DNA from: an uncultured Candidatus Saccharibacteria bacterium
GTDB lineage: Bacteria; Patescibacteriota; Doudnabacteria; UBA920
Reading direction: 5' to 3'
Length of the DNA: 64,000 nucleotides
Assembly (NCBI GenBank): GCA_964434195.1
Contig: CAYSUI010000005.1
Coordinates: 10,671-74,670, forward strand
Below, piece by piece: positions 20,576-31,007 of this stretch. Numbering within the stretch: position 1 is the first letter of the stretch; each line of letters begins with the position of its first letter. A model generated the notes under the pieces. That model saw only the letters and a program-made list of their open reading frames with translations. It did not search any database and was not told where the DNA came from. The translations under genes were made by a program, and so were the position numbers.

Positions 20576-20881
20576 TTAAATGGCTTTATCTGCCCATGGA
20601 ATTGCTCTCAGCCTATCTTCCCCTATCTCCTTACCTTCATCGTCCATACCATAAGTTCCTTCAGCAATTTTTGAGAGCGCCCACTCAACTTTTTGAAGAT
20701 CCGCTCTCAAGGTAGCAATAACTTCCATATTTACTGCATCTACAGGAAATTCCTCTGCATTATCTTCTAAAGAATCCCCAATCTCTGTATGAGCATGCAA
20801 CGAAGCTAACTCAACCTCGAGCCTTTCCTTCTCCGCCATTAATTTCCCCTCCATCTCCTTAACAAATTCCTCAGATAACAT
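20576..20881 (-). CDS. DksA/TraR-family-like protein lacking the Cys4 zinc finger
   Basis: Coiled-coil then C-terminal GxxxEGKEIGEDRLRAIPWA resembling the DksA/TraR C-terminal motif without cysteines. Confidence 0.4.
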   Translation of the reverse strand: MLSEEFVKEMEGKLMAEKERLEVELASLHAHTEIGDSLEDNAEEFPVDAVNMEVIATLRADLQKVEWALSKIAEGTYGMDDEGKEIGEDRLRAIPWADKAI

Positions 20882-20969
20882 ATAAATAAATATTAATTCA
20901 CTTTAATTATAACAAAAATAAAATCACCCCCAAAAAAAGGTGTTAAAAATAGTGCATATATTAACCAAA

Positions 20970-21605
20970 CCCCAGCACGATTGCAGATTCTAAGTGCAGT
21001 TTCGTCGATTTTCGATGGCCTAGTCGAAGGCGTCCCCAGCCCCAGCTCGATTGCAGATTCTGTGGAGATTTTCAAAACTGTCAAAATTTAGCACGATTGC
21101 AGATTTTGTATGCAGTTTCGTCGATTTTCGATAGCCTAGTCGGAGGCGTCCTCAGTCTCAGCCCGATTGCAGATTCTGGAGGTTATTTTTGTGCAAATGC
21201 GAGTACCGAACGGAGGCGACCTACAGTCCCAGCACGATTGCAGATTTTGAAGAGATTTTCCAAATTATCGTAATTTAGCTCGATTGTATATTTTGAGTGG
21301 ATTTTTGTGACTCTTGATAGCACCTGGCTTTGCCAGTGCTAGCTCAAGTCGATTTACGAGCACCGGAACGGAGGCGTCCCCAGTCTCAGCTCGATTGCAG
21401 ATTTTGAGGAGATTTTCCAAATTATCGTAATTTAGCTCGATTGTATATTTTGAGTGGATTTTTGTGACTCTTGATAGCACCTGGCTTTGCCAGTGCTAGC
21501 TCAAGTCGATTTACGAGCACTGGAACGGAGGCGTCCGTGCTGGGACGGTGAAGTGAGGAGCGGAGCAAATCGGCAAAAAGCCGCCAAAATAGACGATCCC
21601 CTGTT
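20970..21605. repeat. Non-coding degenerate tandem repeat array (8 units starting CGATTGCAGATT/CGATTGTATATT; last two roughly 157-bp units near-identical)
   Basis: Repeat units identified by eye; the ORFs on the track here (21265-21480, 21422-21649) share identical C-termini because they lie in repeat copies. Confidence 0.75.
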
Positions 21606-22239
21606 AGCAAAGTATGCCTATAAATGTTAAAAGCGCCATCTTTAGGCACCCATAAAATTTGTTATATAGTGCAGATGGCGCTTAACCCAAAGCCTCGGAC
21701 TTCACTTCGCAGAATATTTCTATTCTGAAAAGAGCAGTACTCCATCTTTAGGCGATCACGCAATTACTTGCGAGATTAGCGTCTGTATTCCAATCTAATG
21801 ACAAACTGCACTTCAAACTTCTCTTGTGGTCTTTCGACCTGAAACTTTTTGTTCTTTTTTTGTATTTAAATTTTTGTGCTTTTTAAAAGGAAGCAAGAAC
21901 CTACATTTTGTTTTTGTTTTTCAAACAGCTCAGATTGGATGAGCTATGACGAGAAGTGAGAAGGAAAACTGTCCACAATCTAATTTTGGATTCTGAAAAG
22001 ATTTCCTTAGTCCAGATTATCTTTCTCTGTAACCAGAAATAATTATTATCTCAGGTCCTTTGAAAGTTTGTCATTTTTATTTCGGTTGTCAAAGTTCTTT
22101 TGTTCGATCTGTAATAATCATACTAAGCATTTCATAAAATGTCAACTCTATCGTGTAATATTTCTAGTATTGCTTTTATTTAAAACAAAAAAAAATATTT
22201 TTTGATAAAAAAAATATTTTTTCTTAGTAAAATTAATTA

Positions 22240-22330
22240 TTCACATGTGTGGATAACCTAGGGATAACACCCGAATAACTACTCTCAACTGTGTATAAGT
22301 GGATAAAATTGTGGATTACTAATGGATTAT
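22240..22330. promoter_or_regulatory. Cluster of DnaA-box-like 9-mers (TGTGGATAA perfect; AGTGGATAA, TGTGGATTA one mismatch) next to an A/T-rich tract at 22140-22240
   Basis: Matches to TTATCCACA consensus read on the reverse strand. Confidence 0.5.
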
Positions 22331-22347
22331 CCTAGGAAACCAATGTA

Positions 22348-24546
22348 TTACTCATACCTAATAACTTTTTTTAGCCTCTTAGAATAAAAAGAAACAAATA
22401 AATTTCTTAATTTTAATTCCCCTAAAACTTCTTCAAGATCGATCCCTAAAATTTTATATTCGTTGAATAACGATTTTATATACGGATGCCTAATATCAAT
22501 CTTAATCTTTCGAGGAATCACCAACGTGTTAACCGTAGCGTTCGTTGTATGCGGTCCTCCAAAAAAATCCACGGTAGCCAACATTAAACTTTGATCTTTT
22601 ATTCGAAAATTCTTTAGAAGCTTATTTCCCCCACCTGTGATATTTAAAGCCAGAAGATTCCCGCGCTTTTTTAATTCTAAGTGGTTATCTTCATAAAATT
22701 TCTTAACTAAAGCTGGGCCTTGAAATAATATTGCTCCAGGTAAATCTATCTTTTTAGACAAGTCCTCAATAGTCTCATCTGTATCAATGCTGATATCTTC
22801 AAAAAATAAAGACTTCTTATTGCTTTCTAACTTAAAATCCTTTAAACCTAACCGAATACTAAAATATTCAAACGTCTCTTTCCCCAAACCCGAGTCCCAA
22901 AAAGTCACAGAATCATTATTCTTCAAGACATTTTTGGTACCTTTGGTAATATTTAACGGTCTCGTTAATAACGCACAGTAACCCTCACCGAATTCGACCC
23001 ATTTTACATTCACGTTATCCTCAGCAAAAAATTTATCTAACGCTTTAATACTCTCCTTTAACTGCTTAGTTAAAACTTTAGAACTTAACCTAAGCATCTT
23101 CTTCTTATAATTAACGGCAGCCTTTCTTACCTTCTCATAAAAATTCAGATCCAAATCATCTCTAGATACAGTCGACAACCCCACGCCCTTTGGTCTTAAA
23201 TACAACATGAACAAAGCAAAAAACAGATCCGTATCTGAAATTGCCTTAATAATCTCGTCCTTATAAGCTAACTCTCCATAACCCGATTCAGGGTTATATA
23301 CACTCTTAAGGCTATAAAGTATCGAATTCCAGCTAGTTTTACTACCAAACATTTTACTAATTTCCAATTCAAAAACCTCTAAATTTACAATATTTAGCTT
23401 AAATTTAGAAAATGAATCATTTTTTGAATAAAACGCAAAAGTATTCGCGTCACAAATTAACTTACCTGAAAACTTATTTCGCTTTTTCTTGGACTGTATA
23501 TAATTTACAAATTGATTTCCAAAAAAGTTCAAATTTAAATCCTTAAAACTGATACTTTGCCAATTTGTTTCTTTCCAGATTAAAGTTTTCAAAAAAAATT
23601 TAACTTCGTCGCTAGTTTTATTCTTCTTTTTGTCGAATTTACTAAACAATTTATTATCAAATGTATCTGAAGGTAAGAACAAACCATCGATCTTATACTT
23701 ATTCATCACTTCGAATACCTGCTTTTTTTCTGGTACTACTACCAAAACATTCTCATCTTTAGTTCCAAAAGCCTCATAAATTGTTGTTTTCAGTAAATCT
23801 TGTTTTAAATTTATCGATTTTACTAACCTAGATTCATTACGTTTTTCTGAAATTTCTTTTAATTCATCAAATTCTAATTTAACTTGTGAACTAAAAGGCT
23901 TAACCTCATTCATCTCTAACAACGAAATCCAATCAAAGCTCGATTTCTTTACTATCTTCTTTACTTTTTCTTGTAATTTATCTGGATAAGAGTTATAAAT
24001 CGATGCAATTTTCTCTAAAAGTTCAGCACTAGCTATAGCATCCGACAGTGCCCTGTGAGCGTTTTTATGGGTTATCCCGAAATAGTGGGCTAAATTTTCT
24101 AAATTATAACTATGATACGTTGGTAAAAAAATCTGAACCAAATCCATAGTGTCAATTTTTTCTCCAGAAAGCTTTACTCCATAACTCTCAAGAAATCTCA
24201 TATCCAAACCAACATTATGACCAACAACCACAACCTTCTCTAACTTCTCAGTCAACCAATCTCTATATTGATCAAATTTTTCCGCATTCTCAAGCTCAAT
24301 CTCGGATATCCCGGTTAACCCTAAAATATTTTGGGAAACTGTACCAGAAGGCTTAAACACCTTAGTCCACTGTTCTAATACTTTAATACCCTTCTTTTGT
24401 AACCTAAAAAAACATAAACCCACTTCTATAATTTCTGCTTTACTAGGATCAAACCCGGTAAATTCTAAGTCTACACCGCAATAAACCACATCATTTATAA
24501 AATTTTCTTTTCCCATATCTTCTATTGTAACAAAATACCTGTTCAC
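22348..24546 (-). CDS. DnaQ-like DEDDh 3'-5' exonuclease domain fused to a roughly 500-aa C-terminal domain of unknown function
   Basis: Exo I DLEFTG, Exo II VVVGHNVGLDMRFL, Exo III HRALSDAIASAEL; no Walker A in the remainder. Confidence 0.55.
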   Translation of the reverse strand: MNRYFVTIEDMGKENFINDVVYCGVDLEFTGFDPSKAEIIEVGLCFFRLQKKGIKVLEQWTKVFKPSGTVSQNILGLTGISEIELENAEKFDQYRDWLTEKLEKVVVVGHNVGLDMRFLESYGVKLSGEKIDTMDLVQIFLPTYHSYNLENLAHYFGITHKNAHRALSDAIASAELLEKIASIYNSYPDKLQEKVKKIVKKSSFDWISLLEMNEVKPFSSQVKLEFDELKEISEKRNESRLVKSINLKQDLLKTTIYEAFGTKDENVLVVVPEKKQVFEVMNKYKIDGLFLPSDTFDNKLFSKFDKKKNKTSDEVKFFLKTLIWKETNWQSISFKDLNLNFFGNQFVNYIQSKKKRNKFSGKLICDANTFAFYSKNDSFSKFKLNIVNLEVFELEISKMFGSKTSWNSILYSLKSVYNPESGYGELAYKDEIIKAISDTDLFFALFMLYLRPKGVGLSTVSRDDLDLNFYEKVRKAAVNYKKKMLRLSSKVLTKQLKESIKALDKFFAEDNVNVKWVEFGEGYCALLTRPLNITKGTKNVLKNNDSVTFWDSGLGKETFEYFSIRLGLKDFKLESNKKSLFFEDISIDTDETIEDLSKKIDLPGAILFQGPALVKKFYEDNHLELKKRGNLLALNITGGGNKLLKNFRIKDQSLMLATVDFFGGPHTTNATVNTLVIPRKIKIDIRHPYIKSLFNEYKILGIDLEEVLGELKLRNLFVSFYSKRLKKVIRYE

Positions 24547-24584
24547 TTATATAAAAGTGAACAGGTATATTCTACTAAAAGGTA

Positions 24585-25667
24585 TTAATCGTCAATAGAA
24601 CCTTCTTCTTCCTCTTCTTTAGGAGGTGCTGCTATTACTGCTTCCCCACTCTTTAACTTTACCCTAATTGCATGGTCTATTTTCTTAGCGATATCTTTAT
24701 TATCTTTTATGAACGCTTTAGAATTTTCTCTACCTACACCTAGCTTAACAGATTCAAATGCATATGTATTACCACTCTTAGAAATTACCCCAAGAATAAC
24801 ACCCGTATCAAGTAAATCTCCTGGTACTGAAATACCTTCATTATACATAATATCGAACTCAGCTATTTTAAAAGGAGGAGCTACTTTGTTTTTGACTATT
24901 TTTACTTTAGTTCTATTTCCTACAATTTTCTCACCGCTCTTAATTTGAGCTACTCTTCTCACCTCCACCCTTACAGAAGCATAAAATTTTAAAGCATTAC
25001 CACCAGTTGTTGTCTCAGGGTTACCAAACATAACCCCAATCTTCATGCGTATTTGGTTAATAAATATAACCGTAGTCTGCGTTTTAGATATAATACCCGT
25101 CAGTTTTCTCAAAGCCTGGCTCATCAGCCTAGCCTGTAAACCCATATGAGAATCACCCATTTCACCTTCTATTTCCGCCCTAGGTGTAAGCGCTGCAACA
25201 GAATCAATTACTATAAGATCTAAACTATTACTTCTAACTAAAGTTTCCGCTATATCCAAAGCTTGTTCACCGTTATCTGGTTGCGAAATCAGTAAATCAT
25301 CTAAATTAACCCCAATTCTTTTTGCATATTCAGGATCCAAGGCATGCTCAGCATCTATAAACGCTGCCAGGCCACCAGCTTTCTGTGCTTCAGCAATCAT
25401 ATGCAGAGTCAAAGTGGTTTTTCCTGAGCTTTCTGGACCATAAATTTCAATAACCCTGCCCTTTGGAATTCCACCAACCCCCAATGCAATATCCAAACTA
25501 ATACTACCTGTCGGTATAGTTGCAATACTCAAAGTAGTATTTTCTGAAAGCTTCATAATACTACCGTCACCAAACTTATCCTTAATTTGATCGAGCGCAG
25601 TACTTAGTGCCTTCCATTTTCCAGGTTCTATATTAGAAATCCCCTTTTTCACTAGTTGTTTAGCCAT
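24585..25667 (-). CDS. recA: Recombinase RecA
   Basis: [13 protein letters not shown] Walker A; L1/L2 loop context; classical length. Confidence 0.92.
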   Translation of the reverse strand: MAKQLVKKGISNIEPGKWKALSTALDQIKDKFGDGSIMKLSENTTLSIATIPTGSISLDIALGVGGIPKGRVIEIYGPESSGKTTLTLHMIAEAQKAGGLAAFIDAEHALDPEYAKRIGVNLDDLLISQPDNGEQALDIAETLVRSNSLDLIVIDSVAALTPRAEIEGEMGDSHMGLQARLMSQALRKLTGIISKTQTTVIFINQIRMKIGVMFGNPETTTGGNALKFYASVRVEVRRVAQIKSGEKIVGNRTKVKIVKNKVAPPFKIAEFDIMYNEGISVPGDLLDTGVILGVISKSGNTYAFESVKLGVGRENSKAFIKDNKDIAKKIDHAIRVKLKSGEAVIAAPPKEEEEEGSIDD

Positions 25668-25689
25668 AATTATACCTTTCTGTACGAGA

Positions 25690-26649
25690 TTATTTTGTGA
25701 TTATGTTTATAGTATCTTTGGTAAATGGAACGGTCAACGTTTCACCAATTCTCCCCAACGCACCCAGCTCTTTACCATTCACTTTTACGTAGGTATTTCC
25801 TGCGTCCGAAGTAAGTAAAACTATTTTTTGCTTAGCGGTTATCTTTAAAGGCTCAGCTTGCGTTACTTTCTTAGTTTCTAAAACTACATCGTCAACCGTT
25901 AGAGAAATGTTTAAGTCTTTCTTTACACTTATCTCCAATACTAACTCACTTTCAGCGGTTTGATCCTTACTCCCACCCTGATTCTCAGGAATATCTACTA
26001 TTATCGAAAGGGTTTCTGTAGCTTTTTTCTTAAATTTATTTTCGGACTCAAAAACCAAATCCTTTTGACCAGAAGACAAACTCAGTTCTGCATAAAATGT
26101 ACCATCTTTATCTACAAACACTTTCTCCTTATTGATATTTAAATTAGTTCCTGGGTCTGTTTTACCTTTTACCCTTACCACAGACTCTTTTACCACTGTA
26201 CCAGGCTTAGGTTCGTATATTTCGAGCTTAGGGCTCGTGTTAATCTGAAACACTTGCCAAATTATCCAAATTAAAGTTGCTGTTATCAATACTGCACCCA
26301 AGATAAAACTCAACATTTTAGGAGTAATAGAAAAAAATATTCTACCCGAACCTAAAACTGTTTTATTGGGAATTTTTTGTGGTACTTCTACTCTACGCTC
26401 TCTCTTATACTGATCAATCAAAACTCCGCCTTGAATACCATAATAAACTGATAACTTTTTTAGAAACCCCATTACATACACATCAGCCGGAAGATTTTGA
26501 AATTCTCCATTTTCAAGAAGTTTCAGTGCTTTTTCAGGAATCCCACATTCCAGAGCAACGTTCCTTATATTTAAGCTCTTGGATTCTCTTATTTGCCTTA
26601 AGTATTCACCCAAGCTCTCTGTTTGCAAGTTATCATGTTCAAATACCAT
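25690..26649 (-). CDS. rodZ: RodZ-like cytoskeleton protein (XRE HTH, single TM, C-terminal domain)
   Basis: N-terminal [28 protein letters not shown], one TM helix, extended C-terminus. Confidence 0.55.
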   Translation of the reverse strand: MVFEHDNLQTESLGEYLRQIRESKSLNIRNVALECGIPEKALKLLENGEFQNLPADVYVMGFLKKLSVYYGIQGGVLIDQYKRERRVEVPQKIPNKTVLGSGRIFFSITPKMLSFILGAVLITATLIWIIWQVFQINTSPKLEIYEPKPGTVVKESVVRVKGKTDPGTNLNINKEKVFVDKDGTFYAELSLSSGQKDLVFESENKFKKKATETLSIIVDIPENQGGSKDQTAESELVLEISVKKDLNISLTVDDVVLETKKVTQAEPLKITAKQKIVLLTSDAGNTYVKVNGKELGALGRIGETLTVPFTKDTINIITK

Positions 26650-26662
26650 ATAGGTATAGTTA

Positions 26663-26737
26663 TCAAGTTTGTAAAGTTTGTAAAGTAAAAAGTAGTCTCT
26701 TTCAAGACTACTTTATAAACTTGATAAACTTTACTAA
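26663..26737. terminator. Nested palindromes (inner agtagtct/agactact) between ftsK and rodZ
   Basis: Inverted repeats read from sequence. Confidence 0.4.
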
Positions 26738-26740
26738 CTT

Positions 26741-28954
26741 TTAACTTACATCTTCTTCAATACCATACTCTGCTTTTTCTTCGGGGGAAACAGATCCACC
26801 GTACACTTCTCTAGGTTTTGCACCATCGCCTGGGCCTATTATCCCCTTATCTTCAAGTATGTCCAACAATCTAGCAGCTCTTGCATAACCTATTCTAAGC
26901 CTTCTCTGTAGTAAGCTTGCCGAGGCTTTGCCTGCATTCCTTACCTCTTCTACTGCCGCATCAAACAAATCGTCGTCTACATCTGAAGATTCAGAAAATC
27001 CTGGTATCCCAAGGTTAGTCCTTGGCTTCTCAAGAATTTCCTCATTATATATAACAGCACCAGTCTGTTGCTTGAAGAAATCCACCACTTTTTTTACTTC
27101 TTTTTCACCTATGTACGCGCCTTGAACCCTTTTCGGTTTATTAAACTCCGCAGAAACAAACAACATATCTCCATTACCCAACAATTTTTCTGCCCCACTA
27201 CTGTCTAATATAGTTCTACTATCTATCTGACTTGCTACAGCAAAAGCGATTCTAGAAGTTATATTTGCTTTAATTAAACCAGTAATTACTTCAACACTTG
27301 GTCTTTGTGTCGCGAGAATGAGATGAATACCAACTGCTCTTGCCATTTGAGACAACCTCACTATTGTCGCTTCTACATCTGCCTGAGCCACTGCCATTAA
27401 GTCCGCCAATTCATCTACAATTATCACAATATATGGCAACTTTAACTCTGTAACCTCGTTATACTCTGAAATATTCCTCTTACCTACCTCAGCAAGTAAC
27501 CTGTATCGTCTATCCATCTCAGTAACAGCCCACTTGAGCGCATTTACTGCTTTATCATGATCAGTAACTACAGGTGTAAGTAAATGAGGAATTCCATTAT
27601 ACAAATTAAGCTCTACTCTTTTCGGATCCACAACTATAAATTTCACATCCTGTGGTGTATTTCTAAACAACAAACTAATAAACAAACTATTTATACTTAC
27701 ACTTTTACCAGTACCAGTTGCGCCTGCTATTAGCAAGTGAGGCATTTTGGCCAAATCAACTATCTGCGGTATACCTGCCACATCCCTACCTAACGCTAGA
27801 GCCAACCTACTCTTGTGATCTACAAAAGTATTTATTTGCATAACCTCTCGAAGTCTAACTATTGCAGTCGCTCTATTTGGGACTTCAATACCGACCAAAG
27901 GCTTTCCCGGTATTGGTAGCTCCATACGTAAACTATGTGCAGCCAGAGCCAATGCCAAGTCATTCTGAAGTTGTGCAATCTGCGACAATTTCACCCCAGT
28001 AGCTGGTCTTAAAGTATATTGGGTTACTGTAGGCCCCACATTAACCTCTCCCATCTCTACTTCTATACCAAAATCAGATAAGGTTTTCTGAATTATTGCG
28101 ACATTAGTTTCAATATTTCCACTGTCTACTTCAGTCTTATTATCATCTAGCAAATCAAATGGAGGTAATTTCCAGTCTTTTCTCTCTTCTCTTACAACAG
28201 ATTCAAGCTTAATTGGGGTTTTGTCATCTGCAAAAGTCTTTACCTGTGGTACTTTTAATTCTGTCTTCTGGGGCATTTCTTCTTCAGCATCTTCATCTTT
28301 TAGCTTTTTATTCTTAGAAGTTACGCTATCACTCATAAAACCAGCGTCAGTCATTCCATTTACTTTCAAAGAATTAGCACCCTGAAGCTTATCTTCAGTT
28401 TTTACCCTTCTCTTAAACAAAGCCAAAATAGAAATATTTAAAGTAATAATTACCCCAATAGCTAACAAAGCAATTAAAATTATGGCTCCAGCGTAACCCA
28501 ACCAATTATGTAAAGGTGCTGAAAATATAGCTCCAAGCAAACCACCGCCTCTGCCTGAGAATGCAATATCGAATGCACTTTCATTCTCCTGCAAAACAAA
28601 CATATGAATTAAACCCGCAAGACTCCCTGTAAATAAGATCGCACCAAGATATACCCTAAGAAATGAACTAGAATATTCATCACGTTCTTTTCTGTCCTTA
28701 AAAAGAAAATACGCGATGGCGAAAAATAAAAATGCCACCAAATAAGCCATCACTCCGAATAATATTTGAAAAAATCCAAATATTTTTACTCCCAACTGCC
28801 CCGCCAAACTAAATTCTGACAACGCCACCACAATACCAAGGACAACAAACGCGATAATTACGATATCGCGCTTAGTCTCAGACTGTAAGTTAAGTTCCAT
28901 ACTCGGCATAGCAAGTCTAGCTCTGCCCTTTTCTGTTTTCTTTTGTTTCGCCAT
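26741..28954 (-). CDS. ftsK: DNA translocase FtsK/SpoIIIE
   Basis: N-terminal TM helices, linker, motor domain with Walker A GATGTGKS, C-terminal gamma (winged-helix) domain. Confidence 0.9.
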   Translation of the reverse strand: MAKQKKTEKGRARLAMPSMELNLQSETKRDIVIIAFVVLGIVVALSEFSLAGQLGVKIFGFFQILFGVMAYLVAFLFFAIAYFLFKDRKERDEYSSSFLRVYLGAILFTGSLAGLIHMFVLQENESAFDIAFSGRGGGLLGAIFSAPLHNWLGYAGAIILIALLAIGVIITLNISILALFKRRVKTEDKLQGANSLKVNGMTDAGFMSDSVTSKNKKLKDEDAEEEMPQKTELKVPQVKTFADDKTPIKLESVVREERKDWKLPPFDLLDDNKTEVDSGNIETNVAIIQKTLSDFGIEVEMGEVNVGPTVTQYTLRPATGVKLSQIAQLQNDLALALAAHSLRMELPIPGKPLVGIEVPNRATAIVRLREVMQINTFVDHKSRLALALGRDVAGIPQIVDLAKMPHLLIAGATGTGKSVSINSLFISLLFRNTPQDVKFIVVDPKRVELNLYNGIPHLLTPVVTDHDKAVNALKWAVTEMDRRYRLLAEVGKRNISEYNEVTELKLPYIVIIVDELADLMAVAQADVEATIVRLSQMARAVGIHLILATQRPSVEVITGLIKANITSRIAFAVASQIDSRTILDSSGAEKLLGNGDMLFVSAEFNKPKRVQGAYIGEKEVKKVVDFFKQQTGAVIYNEEILEKPRTNLGIPGFSESSDVDDDLFDAAVEEVRNAGKASASLLQRRLRIGYARAARLLDILEDKGIIGPGDGAKPREVYGGSVSPEEKAEYGIEEDVS

Positions 28955-29028
28955 GTTTAAACTAATGAAATAGTAGATAAATTATAGCACTAGACCAGTT
29001 TATGAATAAAATTTACTGGGTTTCTATC

Positions 29029-29058
29029 AAAACACCCAGCTTTCGCTGGGTGTTTAAA
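29029..29058 (-). terminator. Intrinsic terminator hairpin (aaacaccc/gggtgttt) downstream of the hsp20 gene
   Basis: Hairpin directly after the stop on the coding strand. Confidence 0.45.
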
Positions 29059-29059
29059 C

Positions 29060-29668
29060 TTATAATCCTTTAACTTTCACTTTTCTAGTCTTTGCTTTTG
29101 CCGCTTTCGGCACAATTATGGTAAGTATTCCATCTTTCAGGTCTGCTTCTATATGCTCACTGTCTATATCTACCGGCACTATTACGCTTCTCGTAAAATT
29201 TCCCCAATAACATTCCTGATAGAAATAATCTTCCGCGCTTACATTTTCTTCTTTTCTTCTACTACCTTTTACTGTAACCATATCGTTCGCGATAGTTATA
29301 TCTATATCCTCTGGTCTAACACCAGCGATCGTGGACTTTATGATTACATTATCTTTTGTTTGATACATATCTATATTCAATTGGCCTTCAAAATCCGACA
29401 TCCACTCTTCCCCCTCAGTGGCTTTCTTACTCACAGAGGTACTGCCCGCTTGAACATTCATTACAGGAACTTCTTGTGGACCCGTATCATCCTCTTCAAC
29501 CATTATTTCCGTTTCAGAATCTTCTAATTCATCTTCTAGTTCTTCTATTTCGAGGAATTCATCCCCATCATCCTCTTCCTCATTTGACTTCACAGGGACT
29601 TGTTCTTCTTCATCGGTAACATTTCCCCCCATAATTTTTCCGAAAAACGACTTTTCTTTTCTAGGCAT
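29060..29668 (-). CDS. Hsp20/alpha-crystallin small heat-shock protein with acidic N-terminal extension
   Basis: Alpha-crystallin domain with C-terminal ILTIIVPK (I-x-I-like) motif. Confidence 0.75.
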   Translation of the reverse strand: MPRKEKSFFGKIMGGNVTDEEEQVPVKSNEEEDDGDEFLEIEELEDELEDSETEIMVEEDDTGPQEVPVMNVQAGSTSVSKKATEGEEWMSDFEGQLNIDMYQTKDNVIIKSTIAGVRPEDIDITIANDMVTVKGSRRKEENVSAEDYFYQECYWGNFTRSVIVPVDIDSEHIEADLKDGILTIIVPKAAKAKTRKVKVKGL

Positions 29669-29734
29669 ATTGGTTTCAGTAAATTAAAATCTTAGTTAGC
29701 TGTATGGGTATATTAAGCAAACAACAAAACACCG

Positions 29735-30838
29735 TCAAACTTTCCGTGAAGCACTCGAAAAGTAAGAATTTACAGCCTGCACACATACAGGTAAACCATC
29801 GGTTTTTGCTAATAAAACAGAAATATTGCCATTTTCTCTTAAAGCTCTTCGATACTCACCCGTTTCTAGCTCAACTTGGACCAAATTTACTATTTCAACA
29901 AAAGTCTTATTTCGCATATCAATGACCAAACCCTTAGGCACCAAATACTGCATATTAAACTCTTCTTGACCCGGCAGTGTAAAAATTACGCAAATCGGCA
30001 AATTATAGCTCAACGCTTCAGCCACAGATATTCCCCCTGGTTTAGTTATAAAAATACCTGCATTTCTATATACCTCGTCCATATTCTCCGTAAATCCTAG
30101 CACCTCAACTCTTTCTTCTGACGAATATTTGTTATCTAGAACCGTCTTTAATTTCTCATTTTTACCAGTTACTACCACAATAGATATTTCCTTCTTTTTT
30201 AATAACTCGTCTATTAAGTCTCCTGGTTCAAATATCCCTAAAGACCCAGCAGCCAACAATACCTTTTTTCTCTCTTTAGCTCCTTCAACTACCACTTTTT
30301 CAGGTAGTGTGATTCCACAAACAAAAATATCATTCGGACTAATCCCCAGTTCTATTAGCATACTTTTCTGCTCTACTATATTCACCAAATACCCATCCGC
30401 ATTATCTACTTTCCAAAATCTATGAAAATGATAGTCACTAAATGCTACATATAATCCACAGTCTATCAGCCCCCTCTTCTTTAAATTCGACACAACACTA
30501 CTTGCTGTTACTTGGGTAGTAATTACAAGTTCAGGTTTTTCATTAAGAATTAAGCTTAATACCTTTTCAGAATTTTTACTTGCAACGAAATCCCTAAAGG
30601 GTAATAACAGCCTATGTACCCACTTATTGGTATATAAAAAATCCCAAACCCATGGGGTTTTAGAAATAATCTTCATATACAAAGTAGTCCCAAAGCTGCC
30701 TAATCTATTATTTTCTACTTCGAGAATATCTCGAGTCACACAAGAGTAACCATATTTGGAAAGTTCTGCCGCAATATTTCTTGCAATCATCTTGTGACCT
30801 AAACCTATAGAAGTATAAAGAACTAAAATTTTATTCAC
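29735..30838 (-). CDS. GT28-family diacylglycerol glycosyltransferase (MGDG synthase / UgtP-like)
   Basis: N-terminal ILVLYTSIGLGHKMIARNIA (MGDG_synth-type) and C-terminal GT-B domain. Confidence 0.6.
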   Translation of the reverse strand: MNKILVLYTSIGLGHKMIARNIAAELSKYGYSCVTRDILEVENNRLGSFGTTLYMKIISKTPWVWDFLYTNKWVHRLLLPFRDFVASKNSEKVLSLILNEKPELVITTQVTASSVVSNLKKRGLIDCGLYVAFSDYHFHRFWKVDNADGYLVNIVEQKSMLIELGISPNDIFVCGITLPEKVVVEGAKERKKVLLAAGSLGIFEPGDLIDELLKKKEISIVVVTGKNEKLKTVLDNKYSSEERVEVLGFTENMDEVYRNAGIFITKPGGISVAEALSYNLPICVIFTLPGQEEFNMQYLVPKGLVIDMRNKTFVEIVNLVQVELETGEYRRALRENGNISVLLAKTDGLPVCVQAVNSYFSSASRKV

Positions 30839-31007
30839 GAAAAACCTCTCTTACAATCCGCTTTCAAATAGCTTTAAATATTTTCGAGCAAGAAAGTTTT
30901 AAAAAAATGTTAGCGTAATCATTATTACGGTAACATTTTTTTAAAAATTTCACAGCCGAAAATATTTAAAGGTTGTTTAGAATGAGATAGTAAGATAGAC
31001 CTGCCAA

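Noticed and set aside
20970-21605. Possible CRISPR array
   Set aside because: Repeat units are long and of unequal length (about 45 to 160 bp), degenerate, and directly abutting without unique spacers. No cas genes are present in the window.
21265-21649. Overlapping minus-strand ORFs 21265-21480 and 21422-21649 with identical C-termini
   Set aside because: They lie wholly inside the tandem repeat array. The identical C-termini simply reflect repeat copies. There is no SD or coding-like composition.
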